Source of the DNA: Pocillopora damicornis
Taxonomy: Eukaryota
Reading direction: 5' to 3'
Length of the DNA: 64,000 nt
Assembly: GCF_003704095.1 (NCBI RefSeq)
Contig: NW_020847627.1
Coordinates: 186,001-250,000 of the forward strand
Part shown: in pieces, positions 62,001 through 64,000 of the stretch
How positions within the stretch are numbered: position 1 is the stretch's first letter
Layout: the number at the start of each line of letters is the position of its first letter
The notes under the pieces: model-generated
What the model was told of the DNA's origin: nothing
The model's database searches: none
Seen by the model: the letters and a program-made list of their open reading frames with translations, nothing else
Program-made: the position numbers and the translations under genes

Positions 62001-64000
62001 TGAAAATTCTTTCTCTTGCAGCTTGCAAATCCAAAAGCATTCAATAGGGTAGCGGTGCAATGTATTCTTCAAATTGCGACCTCTAAGCCGAGCTGATATA
62101 CTATTTCGCTCTGCAAGTTTTGGGATACCAAGTAGTCCTCGTGGTTGAAGTGAATCTCATTTCTATTACTTTCAGGTTTAATTAAGAACCCATGCACTTA
62201 AAGTTCAACTAAAATTTCCTTTGTTTGTATTCATACTGGCGCAAATTCATAACTGATAAAATTTCTTTATTTACGTGTATTTCATCTGTCTTAAGTGCAC
62301 ACAACCTCAGAATTCGTTGTTCATCGTAAATGATGGAGAAAGTTCTTGTTGAAAATACCAATGGCGAATTTTCATTAAGAAAAGCTCCTGTTGACATTTT
62401 AATCTTTTAAATTACTTCTTAGACTTCAATGAATTTTGACAAATTTTGAACGACATTTTTTTATTCGAGCGAAAGGGACTACAAATGAATTTTGACAGGC
62501 AAAAACAAATTATCATGATGGAATGACATTCGGCCGAAACGCGAAACAAAACTAAGCCTCTTAATGTCACGCTTTGAAATGCTGCAGAGAGTCTGACTGT
62601 GTTCAAAATGTTATTTTAAATGGGAAAAAAGAGCAAAAAGTATAGGGGATGTGTAGGAGGAGAAGCTTTTCTCCACTATTTATGATCAGATATGTAATAT
62701 TGATTAGTGTATTACAATGGAATAGAGCACAGCCAAGTCTCCTTCATCTTCTACTTGTAATTACCGGTTTTCTTCTCATACAAAATGCTTTTCGCCTTCG
62801 CCATGTAAATGGAAAGCGCTCCAGGGACTACTCCGTTTCAGCCTCAGGCATCATTTCTCACAAAATTAGATAACATTCTCATCAAGGTGCTATCTCTGTC
62901 GGTGTCTCACATCCCACTTTCACGATACGAAACGAAGGTTGAAAAAAAAAGTCTTTCAAGTATTAGTGATGTACATAAACATTAACATACATTTTAATTT
63001 ACCTTCTCATTAAAATTTAAGAAAAAATCTAATACTTGATATTTAACATTTTCTTCACATTTTGACATTTGCATTTCTCTGATTCAAATATCTACTCTTT
63101 TGTAAATTTTAAAAAATTGCAGGAAATTCTCTAAAAAAAGAACTTAAGAATGCGATCTAAAAGGGAAACCAATTTTTTGGGGCAATATGTTAATTTTTCT
63201 TTCAGTGGTTTTTAACGGTGAGACGTAATGATTCTAATTAGAATGGAAAAAAGATGAAGTAAACTATAGCTTATATAGTAACAACGAATATAATATGAAT
63301 TCTAAACTAGACGGGTTGGCATCAAATCATAACACTCTTGTAAATATAACTGTCTCTACTTGAATTAAGATTCATAGAAGATTTAAGAAAATATTCCTCT
63401 CAGGACGAAAGTACTGACTCTTCGTTCAAGAAAGTCATCATTTTTAAAAGTGATAAATACATACAAAGTTTAGCATGGTACGAACCTGTTTCAGTCCGTG
63501 ATACCTGTTGCAATTTCATACTTGGAAATGGTTTTTATGAAAGGAATATTCTGAGATAGAAACGAATAACTTTCTCTCCGGACTTCATCTTGTGTCCGGA
63601 GACTGGAGCAGTGGCAAACTTTAGATTTCTTAAGATTGTGTTCTCCCAAGTTCCCTTAAAAAACGCAAAGGGCAATGATTAAGCTCTGGTCGTCAAGATA
63701 TCAAATAGACTGATCTATGAAAAACGTGTTCAATGGCTACTGCCTTACCTTTTCTCATTCTATCTGTGGGCTTCCATTAAGAGTCATATTGCTTCCAATT
63801 TGCTTCCGCAAATGCTTCTATTGTTAATGTTGATATCCATGGTAGTGTAGCCGTGTTTGAGCACGTTCCGTTCTTTTGGAATTTAAATGCGTGAAGATAG
63901 TGCGACCAGTGAGTAGTGCTTAGTTAAACAGAATAATTGCTGGAATGTGATTGTTATTCCGGTTAAAATTGATACTGATGGTAACAGAAAATGTAAACCT

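Overview
AT-rich eukaryotic genomic DNA from a gapped scaffold (N runs at 2942-3606 and 33974-33983). The repeat families and receptor type suggest a stony coral or related anthozoan; this is inference, not proven. The window is a tandem array of class A (rhodopsin-like) GPCR genes with single coding exons: ten apparently coding copies (nine minus, one plus), one clear pseudogene (nonsense plus frameshift) and probably one badly decayed TM6-TM7 remnant of a different GPCR lineage. The receptors form two subgroups. Genes 1-7 have D3.32/N6.55/K7.39/Y7.43; genes 9-11 have E3.33/R7.39/L7.43; gene 8 is intermediate. All lack the canonical C3.25-ECL2 disulfide, and at least genes 1-8 have a splice acceptor just before the ATG. 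The most unusual signal is at the C-termini: downstream duplicate copies of the PDZ-ligand tail plus stop (genes 2, 3), a stop codon inside a GTAAGT donor followed by an open 64-codon candidate exon (gene 4), an A11 run that swaps the conserved tail out of frame (gene 9), and a palindromic element abutting the stop (gene 8). Intergenic DNA holds four Penelope-like-element terminal fragments with minimal hammerhead ribozyme cores, a MITE with 27-bp TIRs and an 8-bp TSD, other interspersed repeats and microsatellites. No tRNA, rRNA or CRISPR features were seen.
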